Assembly (NCBI GenBank): GCA_038087875.1
Contig: CM076001.1
Coordinates: forward strand, 312,001-376,000
From: Malacoraja senta
Taxonomy: Eukaryota
Direction of reading: 5' to 3'
Length of the DNA: 64,000 nucleotides
Below are positions 37,030 through 49,077 of the stretch, in pieces (within the stretch, counting starts at the first letter, position 1; the number at the start of each line of letters is the position of its first letter). The notes under the pieces are model-generated. The model was not told where the DNA came from and did not search any database. It saw nothing but the letters and a program-made list of their open reading frames with translations. The position numbers and the translations under genes were made by a program.

Positions 37030-37370
37030 GATGAAGGGCATAGATAGGGTAGGCAGTCAGAACATTTTCCCAAGGTGGAAATGTCCAACACTAGAGGGCA
37101 TAGCTACATTGTGAGAGGGGAAAAGTTTAATGGAGATTTATGTGGCAGGTTTTTTACACTGTGGTTGGGGCCTGGAACTCATTGCCAGGGCTGGTGGTGG
37201 AGGCAGATACAATAGTCGCATTTGAGAGGATTTTTGATATGCTAATGGGAATGCAGGGATTAGAGGAATATGGAACATGTGCAGCAGAAGAGACTGGTTC
37301 AGCTAGGCATCACGTTTGGCACAAAAATTGAGTGCCAAAGGGCTTGTTTCTGTGCTGTACATTTAATGTT
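37030..37370 (+). mobile_element. CR1 3' fragment immediately upstream of the recoverin promoter
   Basis: TRGH and VVGAWNSLPGLVVEADTIVAF peptides, then a CR1-type tail AAAGGGCTTGTTTCTGTGCTGTA. Confidence 0.75.
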
Positions 37371-37589
37371 GTACATATTAAATTTGTCTAAAAAGTCAAA
37401 CATTCTAAAGTCTATTATTAACAGTGCCTGTTGACCAACACTGCAGATGAAATTAAGAGGACCCCAGGCAAGGTGTGTTTTGCTAACGGTTTTAGGAATT
37501 CAGATGTTAGTTATGGTTATTTCTAATAGATAATTCATTTGTTGTTTATATGTATTCGGTTGTCTGTGTGAATGTCAACCTTAAGGAGA

Positions 37590-37680
37590 TAAAGGCTAAT
37601 CCTTCTAAACTAAGAAGCTTTAATCTGTTCAGATAAATATGCATCTGTTGCCTCTCTGTGCATTGTTGAGTCAGGAGGAG
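37590..37680 (+). promoter_or_regulatory. Putative photoreceptor proximal promoter of recoverin
   Basis: CRX/OTX-type K50 homeodomain sites CTAATCC (37596-37602) and TTAATCT (37620-37626), TATA-like ATAAATA (37633-37639) and MARE/AP-1-like TGTTGAGTCAGGA (37664-37676), all within 125 bp of the ATG. Confidence 0.6.
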
Positions 37681-37718
37681 TCCTGTGTTCTCCTTTCTTC
37701 TTACCTCTGGGTCTGGAA

Positions 37719-38099
37719 ATGGGAAACACCAAAAGCGGTGCCCTCTCCAAAGATATCTTGGAAGATCTCAAACTCAACACCAAATACACAGAAGATGAGC
37801 TATCAATATGGTATCAAACATTTTTGAAGGAATGTCCAAATGGAAAGATCACCATGGCACAATTTCAAAAGATCTACTCTGGATTTTTCCCGGATACGGA
37901 TCCCAAAGAATACGCTCAACATGTTTTCAGGAGCTTTGATACCAATTCTGATGGGATCTTGGATTTTAAGGAATACATCATTGCGCTTCACCTCACCTCC
38001 TCTGGAAAAACCTCGCAGAAACTTGAATGGGCTTTTTCTCTTTTTGACGTCGATGGCAATGGAACTATCAACAAAACAGAAATGTTGGAAATTGTCAAG
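37719..38099 (+). CDS. RCVRN: Recoverin (neuronal calcium sensor family), coding exon 1, aa 1-127
   Basis: Translation MGNTKSGALSKDILEDLKLNTKYTEDEL...LEWAFSLFDVDGNGTINKTEMLEIVK. It has the N-myristoylation motif MGxxxS, C39-P40 in the inactive EF1, EF2 loop DTNSDGILDFKE (D74-E85) and EF3 loop DVDGNGTINKTE (D110-E121). Similarity stops at codon 127, at a phase-0 donor AAG|GTACAA (GT at 38100-38101), matching the vertebrate recoverin exon-1 boundary. The visinin-type paralog is not fully excluded. Confidence 0.93.
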
Positions 38100-38606
38100 G
38101 TACAACGATTTTTAAATAGCATCATTCTAATTTTACAACGTATGGTGATTACTAGAGTGCATGATTCTGATTTTACAAACTGCCAGAAAATATAATTACA
38201 TATTTTCCATTCTGAATCAATTTTTTCCAATTATTATTTTTTTGGCTTTCACCATTTCTCTGTTTAGAATCTTCATAGGCAGCCTTTCCAATTATTGTTA
38301 TCAATTATCTGAAGAAGTGTCTTGGCCTGAAACATCATATATTCCTTTACTCCAGAAATACTGTCTGGCCTGCTGAATTACTCCAGCTTTTTGTGTCTAT
38401 TTTCAATTATCTTTGCTTTGTAACCAGTGAATACCAGCTACAGCAAAGAGGCTGATGTGATATTCAACCTCCTCTTTGACAGTTAAGGGCATTTTCCCAA
38501 ATGCAATATGCTTTCTACCATTTTGTGGCAATAACATTAATTTTAAAAGATCTTGAAAATGTTTTCTATTTATACTGTAGCGTAACAAATGCTCCAGGCA
38601 TCCTAA

Positions 38607-38995
38607 AGCCCCTGTCCCACTTAGGAGACCTAAACATAACCTCTGGTGCCCTTGCCCGCCACCCAAGGTTTCCATGAGGTCACCGGAGGTTTTGATCACT
38701 CTCCCTAAAGGTCGAAAGTGGTTTCCACGTGGTCGAGGCTTCATCTAGGTTGCTGTTATTTTTTCATCATGTTTTAAAACCTGCCTCGACTAAAAATAGG
38801 TTGCCGTTTTAAAAATCGATAAATTTTTAGTCGCATGTCTAGTAGAAGCCGGTTTTCTTCATAGTCGAGGAAGGTTTTCAACATATGCGTGGGAGGTGAT
38901 AGGAGGTTGCAGGTTACCTCGAACTTGTTTTTTTTTTGGGTGGCGGGCAGGTCACCAGAGATTGCTGTTTAGGTTTCCTAAGTGGGGCAGGGGCT
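38607..38995. mobile_element. Harbinger/PIF-type MITE with ~55-bp TIRs
   Basis: AGCCCCTGTCCCACTTAGG... / ...CCTAAGTGGGGCAGGGGCT with TSD TAA (38604-38606, 38996-38998). Confidence 0.85.
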
Positions 38996-39643
38996 TAAGG
39001 CATTTTGCTTTTAAAATGCAGTCACCATTTCCAGGAAGATATCAAACTGAGCAAATTAATGAATGGGAGGATTATTTGTGCAGGAAGGAACTGCAGATGC
39101 TAGTTTAAACTGAAGATAGACACAAAAGCTGGAGTAACTCAGCTGGTCAGGCAGCATCTATGGAGAGAAGAAATAGGTGAGGTTTCGGGTCGAGCACTTC
39201 TTCAGACTATTCTTCAGGTTTATTTATTTATTGTGGTGTATATGAGGGGGGAATGCTATCTCAGTTACTAGAAGATTTCCTTGATCTTATTTAAATTGTG
39301 TACAATACCTCACAAACGGCTTCTGTTCCTCAATTATAAATGAAATATAAAATACATCATAACCACTCATCTTTGTTAATATACCTAATAAATATGTTTT
39401 GAATGTGAATCAATCTACATATTGGAATATCAGAAAAAAATATGAAGGAACTGATTAAATATAGAACAGAATTCCAAATGATATATTAGAAATCTACAGT
39501 AGTGCTTAGTGACCTGCCCAATGCTCACTTCATTTCAACAAATATATTCAGGGTGTATTTTATGCTGGAGCAGGAATTGTGAAACAAATGAAAGGACAGT
39601 AAAATCTCTGTCCTCTAGGATATGCTACATATGGACATGGAGG

Positions 39644-41769
39644 TAGACACAATGCTGGAGTAACTCAGCGGGTGAGGCAGCATCTCTGGAGAGAAGGAAT
39701 GGGCGACGTTTAGGGTCGAGACCCTTCTTCAGACTGATGTCAGGGGAGGGGGCGGGCCAAAGATAGAATGTAGTCGGAGACAGTAAGACTAGTGGGAGAA
39801 CTGGGAGGGGAAGGGGATGGGGAGAGAAAGCAAGGGCTATCTGAAGTTAGAGAAGTCAATGTTCATAACGCTGGGGTGTAAGCTACCCAAGCGAAATATA
39901 AGGTGCTGTTCCTCCAATTTGTGCTGGGCCTCACTCTGACAATGGAGGAGGCCCAGGACAGAAAGGTCAAATGGGGAATGGGAGGGGGAGTTGAAGTGCT
40001 GAGCCACCAGGAGATCAGGTAGGTTAAGACGGACTGAGCGGAGGTGTTCAGTGAAACGATCGCCGAGTCAGAGCTTGGTCTCGTCGATGTAGTGAAGTTG
40101 ACACCTGGAACAGCGGATACAGTAGATGAGGTTGGAAGAGGTGCAGAGCTGCAGGATATCGTGGAGACCCTAGGGAGAGCCTCATCTATAATGGAAATGG
40201 GGAACCCCCTTTTTTCCGAAAGAATGAGGACATCTCCAATGCCCTGGTATGGAACACCTCATCCTGGGCGCAGATGCGACGTAGACGGAGGAATTTGAGG
40301 AAGGACATTCTTGCTATTGAGGGAGTGCAGCGTAGGTTTACAAGGTTAATTCCTGGGATGGCAGGACTGTCATATGCTGAGAGAATGGAGCGGCTGGGCT
40401 TGTACACTCTGGAGTTTAGAAGGATGAGAGGGTATCTTATTGAAACATATAAGATGATTAAGGGTTTGGACACGCTAGAGGCAGGAAACATGTTCCCGAT
40501 GTTGGGGAGTCCAGAACCAGGGGCCACAGTTTAAGAATAAGGGGTAAGCCATTTAGAACAGAGATGAGGAAACACTTTTTCTCACAGAGAGTTGTGAGTC
40601 TGTGAAATTCTCTGCCTCAGAGGGCGGTGGAGGCAGGTTCTCTGGATGCTTTCAAGAGAGAGCTAGATAGGGCTCTTAAAGATTGTGGAGTCAGGGGATA
40701 TGGGGAGAAGGCAGGAATGGGATACTGATTGGGGATGATCAGCCATGATCACATTGCATGGCAGTGCTGGCTCGAAGGGCCGAATGGCCTACTCCTGCAT
40801 ATATTGTCTATTGTCTATTGTCTAATTGGGAGTAAGGGTTAGAGTCGTTACAGGAGGCAGAGTGAGAAGAAGTGTAGTCAAGATAGCTGTGGGAGTCAGT
40901 AGGTTTGTAGTAGATGTCGGTCAATAGTCTGTTTCCTGTGATGGAGCCGGTGAGATCTATAAATGGTCCAAGTGAATTTGAGTGCAGGATAGAAATTAGT
41001 GGTGAAGTTGATGAAGTCAGTGAGTTCTGCATGGGTGCAGGAGGTAGCACTGATGCAGTCATCAATGTAGCGGAGATAGAATTCCGGGATAGGGCCAGTG
41101 TACGCCTGGAACAGGGATTGTTCGACGTACCCTACAAAGGGGCAGGCATACCTGGGGCCCATGCGAGTGCCTACAGCTACCCCTTGGATTTGGAGGAAGT
41201 GGGAGGAGTCGAAGGAGAAGTTGTTGAGGGTAAGGACCAGCTCTGCTAGGCGGATAAGGGTATTGGTAGATGGAAATTGGCTGGTTCTGTGGTCGAGGAG
41301 GGCTTTAAGACCCTCTTGGTAGGGGATAGATGTGTAGAGTGACTGGACAAACATACATTGTAAAGATAAGGAGTGGGGGCCTGGATAGCGGAAGTTATTA
41401 AGGAGACAAAGACCGTGTGAGGTGTTTTGGACATAGGTAGGGAGGGATTGGACCAGGGGGGATAGGATGGAGTCGAGGTATGTGGAAATTAATTCGGTGG
41501 GGCATGAACAAGCGGAAACAATGGGTCTGCCAGGGCAGTTCTGTTTGTGGATTTTCGGGAGAAGATAAAATCGGGCCGTGCGGGGTTGTGGAACAATGAG
41601 GTTGACGGCGTTAGAGGGCAGAGAGCCGGATGGGATGAAATCAGTAATGGTGCTTGAGTTTAAGGATTGGTGCTCATCTGTGGGCTCATGGTCCAAGGTT
41701 TAGCAGGAGGAGGTGTCTGAGAGTTGTCGCCTGGCCTCAGTCCGGTAGAGGTCAGCGCACCAGACTTAC
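39644..41769 (-). mobile_element. Penelope-like element (RT + GIY-YIG remnants + pLTR), with nested CR1 tail
   Basis: RT motifs FYLLPKIHK...GRPIVS, GVAVGTRMGP, YLRYIDD and TDIYYKPTDSHSYL. 17-bp flanking duplication ACATATGGACATGGAGG (39627-39643, 41770-41786). Confidence 0.9.
40292..40822 (+). mobile_element. CR1 3' fragment nested in the Penelope element
   Basis: LRKDILAIEGVQRRFTRLIPGM... collinear with 24505-25030, with a (CTATTGT)n tail. Confidence 0.88.
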
Positions 41770-42600
41770 ACATATGGACATGGAGGATGGAAGCTGATTA
41801 TTACAATAGGCTTTGCTAATATTAACACAGCCAGATATTAATTCCTCACTATAACTCTTCTCAAATCATTCCATAGCATTCCTCCCCCTCACAACTGGCT
41901 TTCGAAATTATATCTCCAAACTCCCTTTCCTCTCCAAATTTCTTGACAGTGTTACAGCCTTCCAAATCCTTCTCAAAACATCTCTGAATGTTACTGACCT
42001 GGTTTCCACCCTTGATGCAGCTGGAAAATACAATTTATCATAGTCAAAATGACATCGGATTAGACAATCCTTCCTTCTCAACCAGCTTCAGCCTTAAACA
42101 TGGACAATGGTACCAGCCTCCTCCAGTACCTTACCATTCGGTTTGCTCGGTTGGATTGCGCTCTCTTGGTTCCAATCTTGCCTGGTCAGTTGTGGTCAGA
42201 GCTTCGCCTCCAGAGGCTTCCCTTCTCCCATTCATACAATCTGCCCTGGAGAATCTTATGGATTTATTCTTGGCCAGGCATTTCTTCGGTGGCACAGGTC
42301 CACAGCTCTAGTTACCTGGGCTTTATCCTGATCTCCAGTGCTGTCTGTATGGAGTTTGCACATTCTCCATGTGCCTCCATGGGTTTACCCTGATTGCGCC
42401 GCTTTCCTCCCATGTTCAAGGTTGGTGGTTTAACTGGCCACTGTAAAGAACCCCAAGTGTTGTTTGATGGTAGGAAGATCATGGGGCCATTTGACAAGAA
42501 TTTGACGGCAATTTGCAGGGTAATGGGATTGATGGCATACAATAGGAGTCAGAATAGTTTTGATGGGCTGAATGGTTTCCTTCTATGTTGCAAGAAAATA

Positions 42601-42800
42601 NNNNNNNNNNNNNNNNNNNNNNNNNNNNNNNNNNNNNNNNNNNNNNNNNNNNNNNNNNNNNNNNNNNNNNNNNNNNNNNNNNNNNNNNNNNNNNNNNNNN
42701 NNNNNNNNNNNNNNNNNNNNNNNNNNNNNNNNNNNNNNNNNNNNNNNNNNNNNNNNNNNNNNNNNNNNNNNNNNNNNNNNNNNNNNNNNNNNNNNNNNNN
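42601..42800. other. Assembly gap
   Basis: 200 consecutive N. Confidence 1.
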
Positions 42801-43545
42801 CATGCTGCTTCCTGTTTGTCAGGAAGTTGGTGATCCACCGACAGAGTTGAGGCATAGTCAACTGGGAGAGTTTGGAGTGTAGTAGCTCTGGCACAATGGT
42901 GTTGAATGCAGAGCTAAAATCAACAAACAAAATCCTCGCATAGGTCCCCTGGCGGTCTAGGTGCTGGAGGATGAAGTGCAGGCCTAGGCTGACTGCATCA
43001 TCCACTGATCTATTGGCAAACTGCAGAGGGTCAGCTGGGCCAGCACAAGTCTTTCAAGGGTCTTCATGATTACAGAGGTCAGTGCGACAGGCCACTGACC
43101 TCTGGACCAGTAATTAAGACCATTAATCCTTGGCTTTTTGGAAATAGGAACAAGAGTGGAGACTTTGAAGCAGGCAGGGACAGTGCCGGTTTGCAGGGAC
43201 TGGTTGAAAATGTCTGTGTAGACCGGTGCCAGTTGTTCGGCACAGAGCTTGAGGGTAGAGGGGGAAACATTGTCCGGTCCTGGAGATTTCCGTTTTTTCT
43301 GTCTCCTGAATAGCTTTCAATTGCTATTGTTAGTGATGGAGAAGTGGCTAGACTTATGTTGGGCTGCAAGGAGGGTGTGTGTCGAGGGTCCAGTCCTTGC
43401 AGACTGGAGTCAGGCTGTGAGGAGGTGTGAAGTGGTGATTGGGGAGGAGTGGGTGGGGGAGGGGGGGAGGGAGGGAGGGTGTACCGGGGTTATGTTTCTG
43501 TCTATCGAACCTGCAGTAGAACTCGTTCATGGATTGATTAGTAAA
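42801..43545 (-). mobile_element. Rex1/Babar-type LINE RT fragment
   Basis: [16 protein letters not shown]...[16 protein letters not shown]...[11 protein letters not shown]. Confidence 0.82.
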
Positions 43546-44297
43546 TTTGTGAGATGACACCAAGATTACTGGAGTCACGGACTGGGGAAACAATGGGAAA
43601 TAGATCAGCTATAGAAATGGGCGGAGAAATGGCAGATGGAGTTTGACCCGAGCAAAGTGTGAGGTTTTGCACTTTGGAAGGTCAAATGTAAGGTGAAATA
43701 TACAATGAATAGCACGAGCCTTAACAGCATTGATATACAAAGAGATCTTGTGATCCAAGTCCATAAGTCCTTGAAAGTAGCACCACAGGTAGAAAGAGTG
43801 GTGAAGAAGGCATGTGGCATCCTAGCTGTCGTAGGTCAGGGCATTGAATACAAGAGGCAGAAAGTCACAATGCAGCTTTATAGGACTTTGGTTGGGCAGC
43901 TTTTGGAGTATTGCGTGCACTTCTGGTCACCACATTACAGGAAGGATGTGGAGGCTTTGGAGAGATGACTGGATTAGAAGGTATTAGCTACAGGTATTGG
44001 ATGGTCAGATTTGGACTGTTTTCTCTGGAACTCGGGAGATTGCAGGGTGACCTGATAGAGGTATATATACGTATGAGAGGCATAGAGTGGATAGACTGTC
44101 AGAGAACATCAGGAACGTTTTCTCCCAGGATGGAAAAATCTAACGCTGGAGGGCATACTATAAGATGAGAGGTTCAAAGTTTAAAGGAGATTTACACAGA
44201 GGTTGGTGGGTGTCTGGAACGTACTGCCAGGGGTGGTGGTTGAGGCAGATACGATTGCGGCATTTAAGAGACTTTTGGATAGGCATGTGGATATGCA
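43546..44297 (+). mobile_element. CR1 3' fragment
   Basis: WAEKWQMEF, QRDLVIQVHKSLKV and LEYCVHFWSPHYRKD peptides. Confidence 0.82.
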
Positions 44298-45530
44298 GCT
44301 CTCCCCCTTCTCCCCTCTTCTTTCTCTCCCCCTTCTCTCTCTCCTCCTCCATCTCCCCCTATCTCTCTTCCCCCTCTCTCCCCTTCTTTCTTTCTCTCTC
44401 TCCCCCTCTCTCTCTCCCCTTTCTCTCCTCCCTCGTCTATCTCCCCTCTCTCTCCCCTTCTCTCTTTCTCTCCCCCTTCTCTCTCTCCCCCTTCTCTCTC
44501 TCCTCTGTCTCCACTGGCGGGAGGGTGGGGGTCATTTTCCCACACAAGCCATAGGTGACTGGGCAATCTGAACCCAAGCACCAGGTCGTAAGCGGCCGAA
44601 GGTGCGCATCCCTCGGGACAGCCCCCACTCTCCCTCGGAACACACACAGCAAACTCCCACGCACAAAACACCAGAATCTGTAAACTAATTTAACTGAAGA
44701 TAGACACAAAAAGCTGGAGTAACTCGGCGGAACAGGCAGCATCTCTGGAGAGAAGGAATGGGTGACGCTTTGTGTCGAGACCATTCATCAGACCTGAAGA
44801 CTGAGTCTGAAGAGTCTCGACCCGAAACACCACCCATTCCCTCTCTCCAGAGATGCTGCCCGTCCCACTGAGTCACTCCGGCATTTTGTGTCTATCTTTG
44901 CTGTCAGTGCCAGTTTTCTGAACTTCCATAGCCGCTCTGCACAGGTGGGGTGGAGAGAGAAGGGGGGGGGAGAGAGAGAAGGGAGAGAGAGAGAAGGGAG
45001 AGAGAGGGGGAGAGAGAGAGGAGGGGAGAGAGAGGGGGGGAGAGAGAAGGGAGAGAGAAGGGGAGGGGGGAGAGAGAAGGGAGAGAAAGAGAGAAGGGGA
45101 GAGAGAGAAGGGAGAGAGAGGGGGGAGAGAGAGGGGGGAGAGAGAGAGGAGGGGGGAGAGAGAAGAGGGAGAGAAAGAGAGAAGGGGAGAGAGAGAAGGG
45201 AGAGAGTGGGGGGAGTGAAAGAGGAGGGGAGAGAGAGAAGGAATGAGAGAAGGGGGTGAGAGGGGGAGAGGGAGAGAAAAGGGGAGAGAAACAGAGAAGG
45301 GGAGAGAGAGAATGGAGAGAGATGTGGGGAGAGAGAGGAGGAGAGAGAGAAGGGGAGAGAGAGAGGGGGAGAGAGAGAGAAGAGGGGAGAAAGAAGGGGG
45401 AAGACGGGAGCGTGGGGTTCATTTTCCCACACAAGCCATAGGTCACTGGGCAATCTGAACCCAAGCACCAAGTTGAAAGCGGCCAAAGGTGCGCATCCCT
45501 CGGGACAGCCCCCACTCTCCCACGGCCACC
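44298..45530. repeat. Composite: CT-rich tract + ~110-bp unit, pLTR fold-back, GA-rich tract + same ~110-bp unit
   Basis: Direct repeat CATTTTCCCACACAAGCCATAGG...GGGACAGCCCCCACTCTCCC at ~44533-44634 and ~45420-45520. Polypyrimidine tract 44298-44510, polypurine tract 44952-45403, pLTR palindrome 44697-44898. Confidence 0.8.
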
Positions 45531-45733
45531 CTCCGCGGGCTGTGGGTCGGGTGGAGCGGAGGTGTGGCCGTGGGAGAGTGGGGGCTGTCCCGAATGTTCA
45601 TCCCTCCACAATGATGTGATGGACGCGGGGGTCTGGACCAATCGCTGACTAGTCCCGCCCCCGGCAATGTCATGTCCGTTATTTTACTTTTCTGTTGAGC
45701 GGCGTTAAGTCCGTTGGCTTGTAGGCGACGCCG

Positions 45734-45948
45734 CCTTTCGGGTAGGTGGCGTTTCGGCAGAGCAGCCATTCAGTCAGTTTGCTTTTAGGCAACGCAGCCA
45801 TTCCGTTAGTTGGATTTTAGGCATCCCGCCCTTTCGGTTAGTTTGCATTTAAGCATCCCACCCTTTCGGTTAGTTGGCGTTTCGGCTTCGTACTCTTTCG
45901 GTTATTTGGCATTTTGGCCTCATTTCCATTCGGTTATTTGGCTTCCAC
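45734..45948. repeat. Degenerate repeat with exact 32-bp period, ~7 units
   Basis: Units start at 45734, 45766, 45798, 45830, 45862, 45894 and 45926. Approximate consensus CC(T/A)TTCGGTTAGTTGGC-TTT-GGC-------. Confidence 0.8.
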
Positions 45949-45993
45949 TTCTTTGCTTCGGCTTCGCATCCGTCGGCGCCACGTCCGCACACG

Positions 45994-46505
45994 CAGTAGA
46001 GAGCATGCTGACTGGTTGCATCGTGGCTTGGTTCAGCAACTTGAGCGCCCAGGAGCGGAAAAGACTGCAAAAAGTTGTAAACACTGCCCAGTCCATCATC
46101 GGCTCTGACCTCCCAAACATCTAGGGGATCTATCGCAGACGCTGCCTCAAAAAGGCTGCCAGCATCATCAAGGACCCACACCATCCTGGCCACACACTCA
46201 TCTCCCCGCTACCTTCAGGTAGAAGGTACAGGAGCCTGAAATCTGCAACATCCAGGTTCAGGAACAGCTACTTCCCCACAGCCATCAGGCTATTAAACTC
46301 AACTCAAACAAATATCTGAACTTTAATAGCCTATTGCACTTTATCTGCTTATTTATGTGTGTATATATATTCAATGGTATATGGTGACACTGATCTGTTC
46401 TGTATTTATTTATGCCTACTATATTCTGTTGTGCTGAAGCAAAGCTATAATTTCATTGTTCTATCTGGGACTCATGACAATAAACTCTCTTGAATCTTGA
46501 ATCTG
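45994..46505 (+). mobile_element. Rex1/Babar-type LINE 3' fragment
   Basis: VESMLTGCIVAWFSNL..., near-collinear with 18915-19415, with a (TCTTGAA)n tail. Confidence 0.82.
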
Positions 46506-46970
46506 TCCTAGGCCTCTTCCATTGTCAGAGTGAGGCCCAAGCATCTCATATTTCGCTTGGGCAGCTTACAACCCAGTGGTATGATAATTGATCTCTCTAA
46601 CTTCACGTAACCCCTGCATCCCCTCTCTCTCCATCCCTCCACTACCCTGGTTGCACCAGGTTCCTGTTCTCAACTAGCAAACCGCTAACAATGGCCTGTT
46701 TCCTTTATCATCGTTACTTTTTTGCATATCTTTCATTCATTTGTTCTACATGTCTCTACCTCACTGTCTATATCTCTCGTTTCCCTTTCCCCAACTAGTC
46801 TGAAGAAGGGTCTCGACCCGAAATGTCAGCCATTCCTTCTCTCCAGAGGCGCTGCCTGTCCCGCTGAGTTACTCCAGCATTTTGTGTCTATCTTTTGTTT
46901 AAACCAGCATCTGCAGTTCCTCCCTACACACCTCATCTGTCTTAGCTTTGTCTCATATGCCAACTAATTT

Positions 46971-47107
46971 CTTCTTCTTCTTCTTCTTGTAGGATTCTGG
47001 CCGTGTAGACGCTGCTAAGCGTATTACTGCCCTCCACAGGTCAAAGTTTGAACTAAATTCTTACATACAGTCCTGTAACTTGCAGGAATTGAAGAACAGC
47101 CCTGGAT
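46971..47107 (-). mobile_element. I/Nimb-like LINE 3' stub
   Basis: Reverse strand reads SRAVLQFLQVTGLYVRI*, followed by an (AAG)n tail. 13-bp TSD TGCCAACTAATTT (46958-46970, 47108-47120). Confidence 0.72.
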
Positions 47108-47139
47108 TGCCAACTAATTTGTTTCAGGGATCAACCTTA

Positions 47140-47740
47140 AACCATGATCTTGATCAGCTGGACAAGTGGACCAAGGAGTGCCTTGTGAGGTTTAAATAGG
47201 ATAAGTGTGAGGTGCTGCGTTTTTGTAAGTCGAGCCAAGACAGGACCTTCACAGTGAACGGGAGTGTTGTACAGCAGAGGGATCTAGGAGTATAATACAC
47301 AGTCACTGAAAATGGTGTCACGGGTTCATAGGGTGGTCAAGAAGGGTTTTGTTATTAGGTCTTCACCAGTCAGGGAATTGAGTAGAGGTTAGGACGTGAT
47401 GTTACAGTTGTACAAGACATTGATGAGGCTGCATTTCGAGTGCTGTGTACAGTTTTGGTCACCTTGCTATAGGAATGATGCCATTAAGCTGGAAAAGATA
47501 CCATTTCCGAGGGTCTTGCCAGGACTCGAGGGCCTGAGCCATAGTGAGATATTGGGCAGGTTAGGACTTGATTCTGTGGGGCCCAAGAGACTGAGCAGTA
47601 ATATTATAGAGGTGAATAAAATCTTGAGAGGGATAGATAGGATTAATGCACAGTATCTGTCTCGCAAGGTATTGGAATCAAGAACTAGAGAGCATAGGTT
47701 TAAGGTGAGAGTGAAAAGATTTAAGAGGAACATGAGGGGA
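47140..47740 (+). mobile_element. CR1 3' fragment
   Basis: MLQLYKTLMRLHFECCVQFWSPCYR...SRTREHRFKV. Confidence 0.78.
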
Positions 47741-48361
47741 AAGCAGACTTCAGGCATTGTAATGTAGAGGACCAATCCCTAAATGCTTCCAATAGCTGTG
47801 ACTGTGACCAATCTGGCCACGGGACTTTGATCTGTCAAAGTGTTCACTGAATTTAAAAGCTTTTAAATCTGTAAAAAATATTTTGAGATTATTTAATTGA
47901 TGTAAATATTTTGAATGAAATTAAAAACAAATAAACTTTGAGAACTCATTGAAAACATTGAACCAAAGCTGAATAATTAAAAAATAACCAGCCATCCCCT
48001 TGTCCCTTAATCTGTACCTATTGCATTAAACTACATCTCCAGACTCTCCATCTTTACACCAGGTCAGACATGCCTTGGCATTGGGAAAGCAATTCCCCTT
48101 ACTGATTCTGGGTAGGACCAGCAAGACCAGTGAAGATTCAACCCTTTCACGACATCTCTGGGTACCTTCAGGACTGTCATTGTTCATTAAAGTCTGGGAC
48201 TTCCTTCAGTTTGAATGCTTCAACTTCAGGGATTTGCTTTGCAGCCACTGGGCCCCACAGACAGTGCAGTGTTGCCCAGGACTTCCACTTTACTGGGGCA
48301 ATTCCAAAATACACCACCAGATGGCACCGAGAGACCAGCAAACATGGGAAGTAGCGTGGGA

Positions 48362-48457
48362 AGGAACTGCAGATGCTGGTTTAAACCAAAGATAGGAACT
48401 GCAGATGCTGGTTTAAACCAAAGATAGGAACTGCAGATGCTGGTTTAAACCAAAGAT
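48362..48457. repeat. Perfect 32-bp triplication at a pLTR end
   Basis: AGGAACTGCAGATGCTGGTTTAAACCAAAGAT three times, followed by the AGACACAAAAAGCTGGAG pLTR sequence. Confidence 0.9.
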
Positions 48458-49077
48458 AGACACAAAAAGCTGGAGTCAGGCAGTATCTCTGGAGAAAAGG
48501 AATAGGTTATGCTTCAGTAGTTGGAGAACAAGTAAAGTATTGCAGATATTGGAAATGATCAGCAAGTTATGGGCCTGTCCAACGTAGGCGATTTATTTTG
48601 GCGACTGTCATAGTCGTAGCAGGTCGCCGAAAAACCGGCAACTGGACCCGCCACGACAATGTCTACGACAATGTCTGCAACAACCTACCACCTAGTCAAT
48701 GTCAAGCTATGGCAAGCTACCGACAACCAGCGACACATTAGGACGTCCACCCGCGACAAGCTACGACAAGCGACGACCCTGTCGGCAACAACTGAAGACA
48801 ACTTAAGGCAATTCAGTCACCGGTACCAGTCGCCAGTTGACGTAGGTTGATGTAGGTAGTCGCCAATGGAATTCACCGGTCAGCACCGGCGACAATCTAC
48901 GTCACCTGGCAACAACCTGCGTCATCCTGGTGACAACCTACGACAGCACTTACATCAGGAAAAGACAAGCTATGCTCATTGGCGTCAAGGCAACTGTCGG
49001 CAAAAAAATGCTATGACTCTTTGGGTGACTGAGGAGAGTACTCATGACCATACAGGCGACACCCCACGATCATGTGG

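Noticed and set aside
1..37370. Exons of expected neighbours such as GAS7 or GLP2R
   Set aside because: I recognised no matching peptide by eye. Short exons could have been missed, and TBLASTN would be needed.
38100..38195. C-terminal 31 aa of the 158-aa ORF (VQRFLNSIIL...)
   Set aside because: Read-through into the intron past the conserved donor, with no similarity to recoverin EF4.
42394..43005. ORFs spanning the N run
   Set aside because: Artefacts of translating the gap. Only the Rex1-type RT part right of the gap is real.
44165..45641. Arg/Glu/Gly- and Ser/Leu/Pro-rich ORFs
   Set aside because: Products of GA/CT low-complexity tracts.
45734..45948. Possible CRISPR-like array (32-bp period)
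   Set aside because: The variable part is only ~7 nt and the repeats are degenerate. It is kept as a putative binding-site array instead.
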